Source: Lama glama (lineage: Eukaryota). From it: a stretch of 64,000 nucleotides of DNA. Positions 24,686 through 36,619 of this stretch are shown here, piece by piece; the first letter of the stretch is position 1; every line of letters starts with the position of its first letter. The position numbers were made by a program, and so were the translations under genes. The stretch lies in assembly GCA_028534125.1 (NCBI GenBank), contig CM052817.1, forward strand, positions 107,696,001 through 107,760,000, written 5' to 3'. The notes under the pieces were generated by a model that had not been told where the DNA came from, did not search any database, and saw only the letters and a list, made by a program, of their open reading frames with translations.

Positions 24686-25162
24686 TGACACACGAAAGAT
24701 GGGGCAGGGGTGGGTGGTCAGGTCCCAGGTGAGTCCCTGGGATGCACTTCATCAAGTAAGGATTTTCAGCTTCGCCCAGAAAAGGATTCAAGAATGAGCC
24801 ATAGTAAAGTAAAAGCAGATTTATTCAGAAAGATGCCCACTGTGCAGACAGAAGGCGAGAGAGAGCAGCCACAAGGTGCGGGGTTGTTTGGTTTTATGAA
24901 ATTTCATATGCTAACAAGTTGGAAGATTATTCCAGCTGCTTTGGGGAAAGGGCTGGGATTCCCAGTCACTGGGCCACCACCCACATTTTTACCTTTATGG
25001 CCAGCCTGCCACCTGTGGGAGGACCATTTAGCAGCTGTTGTATTTCAATGAGTGGATATTGAAGCCCAGAGTCTACTGGGAGTTGAATCTTCCATCGTCT
25101 TGGTGCTAATGACTGTTTCATTCTTTTAATGACTGTGCCCGGCCCCCTTCCCGCCTGTCTCA
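24686..25162 (-). mobile_element. ERV1-class solo LTR
   Basis: TG...CA termini; flanks tttt/tttc (4-bp TSD, 1 mismatch); minus-strand AATAAA at ~24820; gaatcttccatcgtcttgg and catatgctaa motifs typical of MER4-group LTRs. Confidence 0.75.
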
Positions 25163-25409
25163 TTTCCATCAAGCATTTGCAAATATTAATTTCCCTAATT
25201 CACGCTATTCATTTTTATTAAAATATTTTAACTTATATCATTATGAGTATATATATTTAGAATTTTATCCAGGAACATGAGCATATTCCAATATTTTTGG
25301 TAACAGTATTCTAATTGCAATGCTTTAACACTAGTATTAGAGAATATTAGCATTAGAGAATACTAGCCTTATAACTTAATACTTAAATAAAATTAAAAAA
25401 TTGTATTTC

Positions 25410-25620
25410 CACAGAACTCCGGCAACAATATATGAAAATTTTAGTTGCCTTGGTGGGGGCAGGGGAGTGGCATCTCCTGGTTTTGATTTGTATTTCCCTG
25501 GTGGCTGATGAGATGAACATCTTATCATGTGCTTATTAACTATTTGTATACCTTCTTTGGGGAAATGCCTATTTAGCTTCTATGCCTGGTTTAAATTGGG
25601 TCATCATTTTATGGTTGAAG
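25410..25620 (-). mobile_element. L1 ORF2 C-terminal fragment
   Basis: ggcatctcctggttttgatttgtatttccctg...tcatgtgcttatt...ccttctttggggaaatgcctattt. Confidence 0.75.
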
Positions 25621-25712
25621 CTTAGACTTGTTTTTTTTTAATTAATGAAAGTGGTCCCCCCACCCCAAAGCTGTTTTATAACTGGTGAGTTTTAACTGAC
25701 TTAAAAAAAATT

Positions 25713-25864
25713 GGGGGTAGAGTATAGCTCAATTGGTAGAGCACATGCTTGGCATATACAAGGTCCTGGGTTCAATTCCCAGTACCTCCTCTCAAAGTAA
25801 ATAAGTAAATCTAATTACCTCCTACCCACTGCCCCCCCCCAAAATACAGAAATTTGAAAAAAAA
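25713..25864 (+). mobile_element. Vic-1-type tRNA-Ala-derived SINE
   Basis: gggggtagagtatagctcaattggtagagc (A box) ... gggttcaattccc (B box) ... taaatctaattacctcc, A-tail; inserted at TT/AAAA. Confidence 0.93.
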
Positions 25865-26769
25865 GATTTCTACCCTTACTGTAGACTCTGGTCTCCTTAA
25901 ATCTAATATATAACATTGATTTTATATACAAGTGTCAATATAGTTTTGTATTTATTTAAGCATCAATCATAGCAAAATGATTTCATTAAGCAGTAGTTCT
26001 AAAATGATACTGTCTTTTTCCAAGATAACATTTTTGGAGAAGAAACACACAAAGCCTGTCTAGTAAAGCAAAAACTGCTTATTGCTTAGCAATTAGTGGG
26101 ACCTGATACCGCAAAACTTTTGCAGTTCCAGGAAGACCTGGCATTTAGAAATGACATTATTGTTTGAATAGAAGCCATTTATTAAACGATGCTAACTTTT
26201 TCCTATTCTCCCTTGGTAATTTCCCCTGAACGTCTCTGTAGGAAAATTAACAATGTTGTCAACACCAGCTACATGGCCAAACCTTAAAACCTTGAAGTTG
26301 GCTGGATGTTATAGCAGGGAATAAAAATATATTCTGAAAAAATATATATTTCCTGCAAAACAGCAATATTCTAATATATTGATCTTGCAGAACCCTGGAA
26401 ATACATGTTTGACTTTTAACACGGAAGCTCTTTGTAGAGTGGTAAATTACAATTGAAATATACATGTAATTTGCCAAGGTAAATTACAATATAAATTAAA
26501 ACACTACAAAAATGGTTTTAAAAAAATTATTAATACATTTTTCAAGACTATTCTCAAAGTGTCTTAAAAAATAATACCACTTGCTATTTGTAAAAAAAAA
26601 TTAATTATATTCTTGGAATTTTCCTCATTAGACATACACATATCTGTCTTTCACAATAAAAACACCTTAACACATTTTTCAACCACTGCAAATTAATGTC
26701 TTTTTATTTAAAAAAAAGTAATACTTAAGGGACAAAATTTGTCTTAGTTTTTTTACCTGTAAGATTTCT

Positions 26770-26847
26770 GGGCACAAAGACTTGTTTGGTGGCCAGAGAA
26801 CCCAGCATACGCTAAGTACTTAATATGTTTATTGAATGAATGAATAA
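26770..26847 (+). mobile_element. L2 3' terminus
   Basis: agaacccagcatacgctaagtacttaatatgtttattgaatgaatgaat. Confidence 0.7.
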
Positions 26848-27056
26848 AAGCTATTTTCTAATTGATGAGTTTTAACTGACTTAAAAAATGATTTCCAGCT
26901 TGTTCAAATTCATCCTAGAACATAACATTGATTTTATTTAAAAGTATCAATATAATTTCGTACTTGATAAAATAAAGGCTGTCCCACACTGTGGTGCCTG
27001 GGGAAACTTGGTCTGCTTCACCACAAGAGGTCAACCACCAGAACCATCAGGGATGC

Positions 27057-27096
27057 AGGGAGGGGGAGGGGGAGGGGAGGGGAAGGAAAGGAGGGG
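27057..27096 (+). repeat. Pure purine tract with five G-runs (G-quadruplex motif)
   Basis: agggagggggagggggaggggaggggaaggaaaggagggg. Confidence 0.8.
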
Positions 27097-28219
27097 TTGA
27101 CAAAGGTGAAGGGATTGCCCTCCCCCTGATGGGGTCCTCCCAGGCCCTCTGGTCTGGCCTGGCAGGACAGGGCAGGTCTGGGGCTGCCAGATGCTCTGGG
27201 CAGGGAGGGGGCTGGAGAGGGGCTCTCAGAGGCCTGCCCTCTAGAGCAATGAGCATGCAGCTCCCAGCCTGTCTGTCTGCAGGGCTCCTTGGTCCAGGAC
27301 CTCCTCCTAGCAGTTTATTTGTGCGCAGCCCTGATGTCCGTCCTTGGGGCTGGCAGAGACCAGTTTGCTGGGAAGGGGTGCAGACTCAGGGCCCTCCTCC
27401 TTGCTTTCCCTATGACATTTTTATATAGTCATTTCTTTATCTGAAGTAGGCTGTCTGTTATGGTCTAGGGTGTCTGTGAGAGTAACTGCTGAAAGGAGGA
27501 ATCAAAGCCTTGCACACTGATCTCCCGCAGGGTTGCAGCTATTGGAGGAGTGGTCTCTGCGCTGTTTGCCCTTTAACCTCTCCCACCCTGTGAATTCCAA
27601 GTGGACCCAGTGTCTGTCTGAGGTCAGGGGCCTTCTTAGCAGCTGCCTTTGCATTCTGATCCTTTCTGGAGTCTTGGGAAAGCAATGGCGAGGAAATGCA
27701 TTGTGTTTTACATTATCTGTCCAGAGATCGACAGAACAAACAAACATTGATTACCACTGGACAGATTCTGATAAAGCTCTCTTCCTGCCCATCATTCCTC
27801 CCTGATTCTGGGTATTTTTAGCCACTGCCAAATTAGCACTGCAGCAAAGCTGGGTAACAGGGCCCGTGTGAAGCCAGTGCTGAGAAATAACACACACTGA
27901 AAGCATTCGACTGGCAACAGATCAATTATTTCAACACTTTTCTTTTACTTGTAAGAATGCAAGCAATCTTAGGCATGAGTCAGTATTTTTAGAATCCTCG
28001 TTACAATAAGCTTCTTTCACTAATAGTCTCAATTAAGAAATTAAAACTATGTGGAGAAGAATTAGCAGGACAACAAGCCTCACTTCACCTTAATCATGAA
28101 TAAGAATGCACTGCTTTTCCTCCCAAGGGATACAGAAATGCGGCCGGTGAGATCATTACATTTACTCTGAATTAAAAAGAAATTCGAGGAAGTGAAATAT
28201 GAAAGAGATATTCTGGGGA

Positions 28220-28330
28220 TAAGAGAACTTAGAGATGTAATCTGGTGATTACTCAACTGTTCTTATTCTGCAGATGAGGAAATTTAAGCCCAGAAATATG
28301 TATTTCACAAGAATGTCCCACACAAGAGAC
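28220..28330 (-). mobile_element. MIR fragment
   Basis: cttattctgcagatgaggaaatttaagcccaga. Confidence 0.6.
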
Positions 28331-28619
28331 CAGGCAATACATCTGAAAACAGAGTTAACAGTTAACTTTCTGCAACACATTTACCAAAGAGAAGATGTGC
28401 AAAAGATAGCCACTGGCTAAACTGATGCCACAAACCCGTGGTCAAAGGCAAAGAACTTCACTCAAACACTGGCAGTTCTTCCTGCAGCAGAATTAGCGAA
28501 GTATCAGGGTTCCAGATCCATCAGTGATGAGACGATGTGTCTGGGGGAAAGTCTTCTAACTGGTCCTCAGCAGTAATAAGTAATAGATGATCTGTCCGGA
28601 AGAAACAAATGACTCTTTG

Positions 28620-28880
28620 ACCTTGATTGGCCAACTTTTAACATCTTGCAAAATAGACTATTGTTCTCTCTTGCTCTCTGTCTCTGTCTCACGATACATG
28701 TATATACACACACACATTGTTATAATTTTTTTATCTGAACCATTTGAGAGTAGGCTGCATATGCCATGCTCCTTTATCTGTTAATGCTACTGTATATATT
28801 TCCTAAGAACAAGGATACTCTTACATAACCCTGGTACAGTTTGGAAATTCAGAAAAAGTTAACATTTCAATCTAATCTAC
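28620..28880 (-). mobile_element. Old L1MC-type 3' UTR fragment
   Basis: ctgaaccatttgagagtaggctgca...tatttcctaagaacaaggatactcttacataacc. Confidence 0.75.
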
Positions 28881-29199
28881 ATTTTTCTCTTGTAACCAAT
28901 TACATCACAGTTTCAGATTTATTCTTTTTTTGATTGTTTTCACAAAAATAAACTGATAAATACGTGTTTTCTTACTTCCCTAAATAGGATTGTTTTGTAC
29001 ACTATTAAACCTACACAAATAAAACACAAAGCCAAATTTAAAGTCATTTGTAGATTTTGAGGTATCTTTTATTCTTTCCAATGTCTCTGTCCTTACCTCT
29101 TTCCTTCCTTTTCCTCCATTGCTTAAAAGCATCCTCACAGGAGTCAAACTTGATTTCCCAAGGAAATCATGCTGTTGGCAGTAAGGATTCATTATGAGC

Positions 29200-29550
29200 T
29201 TCCAAACAGAGAATTAATATTACCAAATCTAAGACTGTGGCAGCTGTGTGAAGGAGGAACCAAAAGGGGGAGACAGGAGAGATTGGAAGACCAAGTAAAG
29301 AAGTTACTGTGATTTTCCAGGGAAGAGATGCTGAAAGTCTGAAATCAGATCATGGCTAGAGGAGCAGGAAGTGGTGGGAGATGGCCCCTGTTTGACTTGA
29401 AGGATGAGTGGGGGAAGGTGAGGACACTACAGAGCTGTATACCCTTGGAGAGTGATACTGCTGTCATCCAAACTTGGAAAAGGGCAGGTGTTGTTTCAGG
29501 GGAGGGAGTAATGGTTTGGTGGTGAACCTGGTGAGTTAGAAAGGTTGGTA
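29200..29550 (-). mobile_element. L2 fragment
   Basis: ggaagaccaagtaaagaagttactgtgattttccagggaagagatgctgaaagtctgaaatcag. Confidence 0.65.
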
Positions 29551-29589
29551 TTCTAACCGTGTGGGGAGGGTCCCAGCACAGCACAATCA

Positions 29590-29765
29590 CATACAAGCAT
29601 ATGGAATATCACTCAGCCACGAAAAGGGATGCAATCATGCCATTGGCAGTGACATGGATGGACCTAGAGATTATCATACTAAGTGAAGTAAGTCAGAGAA
29701 CGACAAATACCATATGATATTACTTACATGAAGAACCTAAAAAAAGACACAAATTAACTTACTTA
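29590..29765 (+). mobile_element. L1 ORF2 end/3' UTR, cut by the assembly gap
   Basis: atggaatatcactcagcca...catggatggacctagagattatcatactaagtgaagtaagtcag. Confidence 0.9.
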
Positions 29766-30265
29766 NNNNNNNNNNNNNNNNNNNNNNNNNNNNNNNNNNN
29801 NNNNNNNNNNNNNNNNNNNNNNNNNNNNNNNNNNNNNNNNNNNNNNNNNNNNNNNNNNNNNNNNNNNNNNNNNNNNNNNNNNNNNNNNNNNNNNNNNNNN
29901 NNNNNNNNNNNNNNNNNNNNNNNNNNNNNNNNNNNNNNNNNNNNNNNNNNNNNNNNNNNNNNNNNNNNNNNNNNNNNNNNNNNNNNNNNNNNNNNNNNNN
30001 NNNNNNNNNNNNNNNNNNNNNNNNNNNNNNNNNNNNNNNNNNNNNNNNNNNNNNNNNNNNNNNNNNNNNNNNNNNNNNNNNNNNNNNNNNNNNNNNNNNN
30101 NNNNNNNNNNNNNNNNNNNNNNNNNNNNNNNNNNNNNNNNNNNNNNNNNNNNNNNNNNNNNNNNNNNNNNNNNNNNNNNNNNNNNNNNNNNNNNNNNNNN
30201 NNNNNNNNNNNNNNNNNNNNNNNNNNNNNNNNNNNNNNNNNNNNNNNNNNNNNNNNNNNNNNNNN
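29766..30265. other. Assembly gap, exactly 500 N
   Basis: Run of N read directly. Confidence 1.
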
Positions 30266-30889
30266 CCTGGCGCCAGCCCTCATCACTTGCCTTCACCACC
30301 TCTTTGCCATTTTTAACTCCACCGAATGGCTTGGCTTGAGCTCAGTGGATAACATAACACTTATTTTAATTATTATACTATATTTGACTTTTACATTAAT
30401 CTGGTGCCCATCAGGTCTCTTTTTTATTTTTGCCAAAGAAGGGTTATTAATTTCTGGACTCCCACAGGAGAAACAGATGCTTCCTGAGTAGTAAGATCCA
30501 GCCTTGTCACCAGGACACGCGGACTTGGATTATATCTGTCACACATACGTTGGTATCATGTGCCTGCATTTTCCTTCTTTCTTTCCCACTGGACCAGCGT
30601 AGCTTCTGCTCTTGATCATGAACATTTAAGCATTCCTGCCTCTCGATCTTCTTTTGTGTCTTCATCCCTCCTCCTCTCCACACGTCCCTGTAATATATTC
30701 CCCAACTCTCTCCAACTATTTGTGTTTCTGAATTTTCAAAATTTCACTGAGACACGTTTTGCCATCATCCCTCCCCTTTGTAACGTCTTCTCTTACTCGG
30801 AGCTTGACGACTGCGTACGAGCTCTGCTATTTATCAGACGACTGTACTTCTCCTTTTCTATGTCTGCGTCTTGATGTTCTAAATCAATG

Positions 30890-31113
30890 TTGTGGGTAGA
30901 ATAATGATCGAAGCCTTGAGCTTTAGAGCTTGTCAGACTTTGGGTCGAACCCTTGCTCCCCTGCTAACTGGTTTTCACACCCTAAAGTTACTTAATCTCC
31001 ATCAAGCTGCAGTCTCCTCATCTGTAAAATGAGTGCAATCATCATCAGAGCCATAAGGTAGTCACGGGGATTATTGGGATAATATATGTAAGAGATTTAG
31101 AACAGTGTCTGCA
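30890..31113 (+). mobile_element. MIR SINE
   Basis: tgggtcgaaccc...aagttacttaatctc...cagtctcctcatctgtaaaatgag...ttagaacagtgtctg. Confidence 0.85.
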
Positions 31114-31667
31114 AATTGGACCAGATGATTGCGCAAAACTACCTTTTGACTGTTTTTTTAAGAAACTATCAAATCTACAAATCAGTCAGTCAAACGTGGC
31201 TATAGTGTTTGACAAAGAACCACCGTACACCAAGGGGGTAACTTACCGGGCTGTATGCTTCATAAGACTGTTTCAGAGCAGAAGCCCTTTCCGTGGAAGA
31301 CTCATAGTGGCATTAATAAACATGGTTTCCTCTTTTTTCACTCTCCCAGCTCCCTCCTAGTCATTAGGAATAAATCCCCAAATTTTGGCAAACTGAACAT
31401 GTCAGCCTGGTGGTAGGTGTACACCGATGTCATTGCCCCTTTGTGCAAAAGGCAAAAGGAGCTGAAAATCGATTTGACCTTTCTCCCACTGGAGGATTGA
31501 GGCCCCATGTGTTCCAGGATGGGCAGGAGGGCCTCCCTGACTACCCTTAGGGAGGCAGTTGCGAGCCATCCCCAGCTCTCTTCAGGATGTATAGAGGTGA
31601 AGTAGAGAGATCGCTGAGGGTCCCCTTCTACTGCCCGGGGCCAGTCTCATGCTTTCCAGCCTTGTCT

Positions 31668-31695
31668 TTTTGTTTGTTTGTTTGTTTGTTTGTTT
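31668..31695. repeat. (TTTG)n microsatellite
   Basis: About six tttg units. Confidence 0.9.
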
Positions 31696-31784
31696 TTTAA
31701 ACATGCCTTATTTCTTCTCTCCTTAAAACTTATTAGAGAAACTGCGGCACAATTTCTTGACCACGTTTCCAAATAGCTCAGTTA

Positions 31785-32140
31785 AAAATGCATGAAAGGC
31801 CAACAGGTATGTGAAAAAATGTTTAACATCTCTGGTCATCAGGGAAATGCAAATTAAAACCATAATGGGTTATCAACTTTCAGCTGTCAGAATGGCTATC
31901 ATCAAAAAGACAATAAATAACAAGCATTGGTGAGGCTGTGGAAAAAAGGGAACCCTGTGGGACTATAAATTGGTGCAGCCACTGTGGGAAACAGTATGGA
32001 CGTTTCCTCAGAAACTAAAAAGGCAGCATCCATTGATCTGGCCATTCCACTTCTAGGAATACATCCAAAGACAACACAAACGCTAACTTGAAAATATATC
32101 TGCGTCCCAACGCTCCCAGCAGTAACATTTACCATCACCA
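31785..32140 (+). mobile_element. L1 ORF2 C-terminal fragment
   Basis: catcagggaaatgcaaattaaaacc...tcagaatggctatcatcaaaaagac...ttggtgcagccactgtgggaaacagtatgg. Confidence 0.9.
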
Positions 32141-32461
32141 GCAAGAGAACTGGGATTCTGTAAAGTATTTGCTGAAACAATATGGGTTTTCTTTTTTTTT
32201 TTTGGTGCGATCTTCACAATAGATCAAAAAATAAATTGAGAAAGAAAAGAATAAATTAATCCATGGGTTCTATCATCTATAATCAACGTGTGTCTGAGGG
32301 GAGAGGATGGTTAACATACAGTAACACAGAGGTGTCAAGTGATACCAGATGGGGGCGTCCATGGGGTCGCAAAAGGCACATGGCTGATGAGATTTGGGAT
32401 TTCCTATTATTATTTACTTCTCCCTAACCCTTTGTGAATTTTTCCTCTCTGTCACAGAGAT

Positions 32462-33095
32462 CAGGGGTAGGCAAGCTACCCTACACTGCAAACTTAAGCC
32501 AGCCAGCTTCCTCTTTTGTAAATAAAGTTTTATTTGTATTTATTTATTTAATTGAAGCACACTCAGTTTACAAGGTCTCATCAATTTCTGGTGTACAGCA
32601 CCGTGTTTCAGTCATACATGTACCTACATATATTCCTTTTCATATTCTTTTTCATAAGTTACTGCAAGATAGTGAATATAGTTTCCTGTGCTATTCAGTA
32701 TAAACTTGTTGTTTATCTATTTTATCTATAGTAATTAGTCTCTGCAAATCTTGAACTCCAGTTTATCCCTTCCCATCCCTCTTCCTCCCCAGTAACCATA
32801 AGATTGTTCACTATGTCTGTGAGTCTGTTTTTGCCTTATAGGTAAGTTCATTAGTATCTCCTTTTTTCCATTTTTCAATTCCACATACGAGGTGATAATC
32901 ATATGGTGTTCTTCTTTCTCTTTCTGGCTTAAATAAAGTTTTATTTGAATGCAGCCATACCCACTGGTTTACCTGTTACCCAGGGCTGCGTTTGGGCTAC
33001 AGCAGCAGAGCTGGGTACTGGTGGCAGAGACCAGGTGGCTAAAAATCTAAATATTTCCTACCTGTTCCATTTACAGGAAAAGCTTAGGATGCCTG
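32462..33095 (+). mobile_element. MER58A hAT-Charlie element split by an L1 insertion
   Basis: caggggtaggcaa...ttttgtaaataaagttttatt | gaatgcagcca...gctacagcagcagag...tttacaggaaaag...cctg. Confidence 0.88.
32537..32929 (-). mobile_element. Young L1 3' end with perfect 18-bp TSD
   Basis: taaataaagttttatttg at 32519-32536 and 32930-32947; body homologous to the other young L1 tails in the window. Confidence 0.93.
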
Positions 33096-34439
33096 AACTC
33101 AATCACACAGTTAAAAATCAAACCAACAACACTACAGCTTGCCTCTCCTCTCCTCCATGTGGAAGGCAAATCCATCCTGTTTATCTGGCTCTGTTTTAAT
33201 ATTTATTGTTTTCCTTACGTGCAAAAGTTGGGAATAACATTGTGTTTTCAGCTTATCTACCTAAACATATGGGACTATTTCCTTTGGAAAATGTTACCAA
33301 AGTTAATGGTATTGAGTGTCTCCCTAAATTCTGTAAATCACATCACGTTTGTTACTATCCAAGTTAGCAATTGCTTCTGCAATTATTAAACAAGGAAATA
33401 TTTGAATATCTTCCTAATGTTTTAAGATTAAATAAAATGTTGAATTATTTAGCTGAATATTTAATCTTTCTAATACTTTTGATTCTTTGGGAGCCAGATA
33501 CGGGGAGATAAAAATATGCACCAGAGTTGTTCTCCATTTTTCTTTTCTGATTCTCTCCTGCTCATTTCCTTAGAGCACATATTGTTTTCAGCAACATCAC
33601 ACGTTCAAAATAAGTCAATGTCGAGTTCCTGAGTAAAGGAAGTCTTTGATGTCTTTGCTAATTATAGATTCTGCTTAGAGATACAAAATATATTTACAAT
33701 GTTTTGTAGGGTTGTTGAAAGATAGAATTGCCCCAATCAGTTAAGTGAGGTGTATAGAGAGATTTAGGAAAGAAATTGTCTTCGATTCAATGATATGGAG
33801 CTTTTTGAGTGCAAGTTGGTGGTAGCCTGAGAGTGAATCTGGGAGCGATGAGTAACGGTGTATCAAGGACAATTTAAGGGAATGGCTTTTGAGATTAAAG
33901 ATCTGAAAAAAAGTACTCAGGAGAGAGACAGGATTTGGAATTGGTTCTCACACCGGGAAGGTACTTTCCTGTGGCAGCTTCCCAGCACATCTGCAGACAG
34001 ATGCACTCAGCACTGTCAGGGGGAATTCTTTGAAGGATATTTGGCTATTTAAAATAGAAAATGCTGGTGTTTGTCCTAAAAGGGATTGTTACCGTCCTAC
34101 TAATTATCCTGACTTCCGAATGAAATGCTGACTCATCAAAGGCATAGTTTTACTTCAAAGGACTGTAATACAGTAAATATCATAAAAACATGGAGTTGTG
34201 GGGATGGATAAAGCTAGCTGTGTTTGCATGTAAAACAAATTTTAAATAAAGCACGAACATGTTTTAGACTTTCTGGTTTCATAGCAGTCCTGCTTCTGTA
34301 ATTCTCCTTGGTCACCTTAATCAAAAAAATCACAAATATTTAGTTTATACTTTTAGCAGTCATTTAGCCTATGATAAAGGTAGACAAATCATTGTTGATT
34401 TCAAAGAAGCCAATTGTTTTATTGGTGTAAGTTTTCCTT

Positions 34440-34850
34440 AACAGTGCATTTCGTTTATTTGTTTGAATTGGTAATGCAAATAGATGACAAAAGTTAAAAT
34501 AAATGATATACTGTAAAATGTAAATATCCCATCCCACCGCTGTCAGTTGGCTATCTATTTATCTTTTCTGGAAGCGATCACTCTTTCGGTTTTTTTCCTG
34601 TGTCCTCCCGAGTTGGTCTGTGTATATGCAAGCATTGACTTATATGTTCTTTTTTAAAAAGCAAATAATACTGTGCTTTTCACACAATGTGGAACTTTGT
34701 TATGTTGCCTTAACAGTAAACATTTGCGATTATTTTCCATCAGCACTTCATTATTTTTAACAGGTGCATAATATTCCATGACATGTAAGTACCACAATAT
34801 TTTTAGCCACATCCCACACCAAGGTTTTAATTTTCAGACATTTTGTTTGA
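34440..34850 (-). mobile_element. Very old L1ME-type 3' fragment
   Basis: ttcattatttttaacaggtgcataatattccat...gtaccacaatatttttagcca. Confidence 0.55.
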
Positions 34851-34964
34851 CTTTGCGTGTGTATGTGTGTCTGTGTAAGTATGTGGCGGGGTTGTGTGTG
34901 TGAGTAGGGGGCTCAAATACAGAGGTTATATTATTTAGCTCACTGTGCTGTTCTATTGCATTGT

Positions 34965-36150
34965 GTATTAGTGTAGTTTTAGGTTTATAGCAAAATTGAG
35001 GGGGAAGATGCAGAGATTTTCCGTATACTCCTTACCTGCATAATGCACAACCTCCCTTATTCTCAGCATCTCCCACCAGAGTGGTACATTCATTACATTT
35101 GGTGAACGTCCATCAACACATCATTATCACCCAGCATCCATAGTTCACATCAGGTTCCCTCTTAATCTCATATACTTTATGGGTTTGAACGGATACAATG
35201 ATGTGTGTTCATCATTGCTGTATCAGAGAGAGTATTTTCACTGCCCTAAAATCCCCTGTGCTCCATCTGTGCATTTCTCCCCCTCACCACAGCCCCTGGC
35301 AACCACTGATCTTTTACTGTCTCCATAGCTTTGCCTTTTCCAAAATGTCGTATAGTTTGGAGTCATAGTGCATAGCCTTTTCAGATTGGCTTCTTTCACT
35401 TAGTAAGATGCATTTAAGTTTCCACCATGTCTTTTCATGGCTTCAGAGCTCATTTCTTTTTGGTTCTGGATAATATTCCATTGTCTGTTGTACCACAGAC
35501 AATCCATTCACCTCCTGAAGGACATCTTGGTTGCTTTCAAGTCTTAGAAATGATAAATAAAGCTGCTATAAACATGTGTAGGTGTTTTGGACTGAAGTTT
35601 TCAACTCCTTTGGGTGAATACCAAGGAATCTGTTTCTAGATTATAGTAACAGTATGCTTATTTTTGTTAAAAAAATTTGAAAACTGTTCCATTTTGGCTG
35701 TATGTACCATTTTGGATTCTCGCCAGCAATAAATGCGAGTTCTTGTTGCTCCACAATCTGCCCAGCATTTGCTGTTGTCAGTGCTCTGAATTGTGGCCAT
35801 TCTGGTAAGTTTGTAGTGGAATCTCATTGTTGTTTTAATCTGCATTTCCCTGGTGACATAGGATGGAAAATGTCTTTTCATATGCTTATTTGACAACTGT
35901 ATATCTTCTTTGGTGAGATGTCTGTTAAGGATTTTAGCCCAATTTTTAATTGGGCTGTTGTTGGGTTTTAAGAGTTCTTTGTATATTTTGGATAACAGTT
36001 CTTTATCAGATATGTCTTTTGCAAATATTTTCTTCCAGTTTATGGCTTGTCTTCTCATTCTCTTGACATTGTCTTTTGTAGAGCAGAAGTTTTTAATTTT
36101 AATGAAGACCAGCTTATCATATACATTTTCCTGGACCATGCCTTTGATTT
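34965..36150 (-). mobile_element. L1MC1-like 3' UTR plus ORF2 C-terminal remnant
   Basis: cccaccagagtggtacatt...acacatcattatcaccca...ttcactgccctaaaa; ORF 35636-36139 has [31 protein letters not shown] and KCWADC, all L1 ORF2 motifs. Confidence 0.92.
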
Positions 36151-36354
36151 TACATTCATATTAATCTTTATTATGAAATTTAAGGTCAGTGTGTTTAGTT
36201 CCAAAAAAAATCATTTTTTTTTGCTATTGTAATCTTGAAAACTCTGTAAGTTGAGGAGAATTAACATCTTACAATGTGAAGTTTTCCTTTTTACTAATAA
36301 ATTGTGCTTTACAATTGTTCAAACCTCTTTGCATCCTTTAATAGCATTTAAATT

Positions 36355-36600
36355 TTTATTTAAGAAACTAGGTTTATTAAGGTATAAATCACCTATGGTA
36401 AAATTCATCCCTTCCTAATGTACAATTTTATGAATTTTGACAAATGCATATAGTCATGTATCCAAAATCAAAAATCAAGGCGTAGAACATTTTCATCACC
36501 CTAACAAGTTCCCTTTTACCTCCTTTATAGTCAGGCATTTTCTCCACCCTAGTGCCTGGAAACCACTGACCTATTTTTTGCCTCTAATATTTCGCTTTGT
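36355..36600 (-). mobile_element. Old L1MB/ME 3' terminal fragment
   Basis: tttattaaggtataa...tgtacaattttatgaattttgacaaatgcatatagtcatgta...tagaacattttcatcacc. Confidence 0.8.
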
Positions 36601-36619
36601 AGATTGATACATCAGTGGG

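Larger units (their letters stand above)
25668..26965 (+). repeat. Dispersed direct duplication: copy 1 at 25668-25953 (SINE-interrupted), copy 2 at 26848-26965
   Basis: Two aligned blocks, 37/41 and 38/44 identical by hand comparison. Confidence 0.88.

Noticed and set aside
25713..25790. tRNA-Ala-like gene, also at 14990-15058 and 58101-58172
   Set aside because: SINE heads with A-tails and diverged stems, not functional tRNAs
26860..26965. Possible box C/D snoRNA (TGATGA at 26863, CTGA at 26876)
   Set aside because: No terminal D box or closing stem at a suitable distance, and the C box is altered in the other copy
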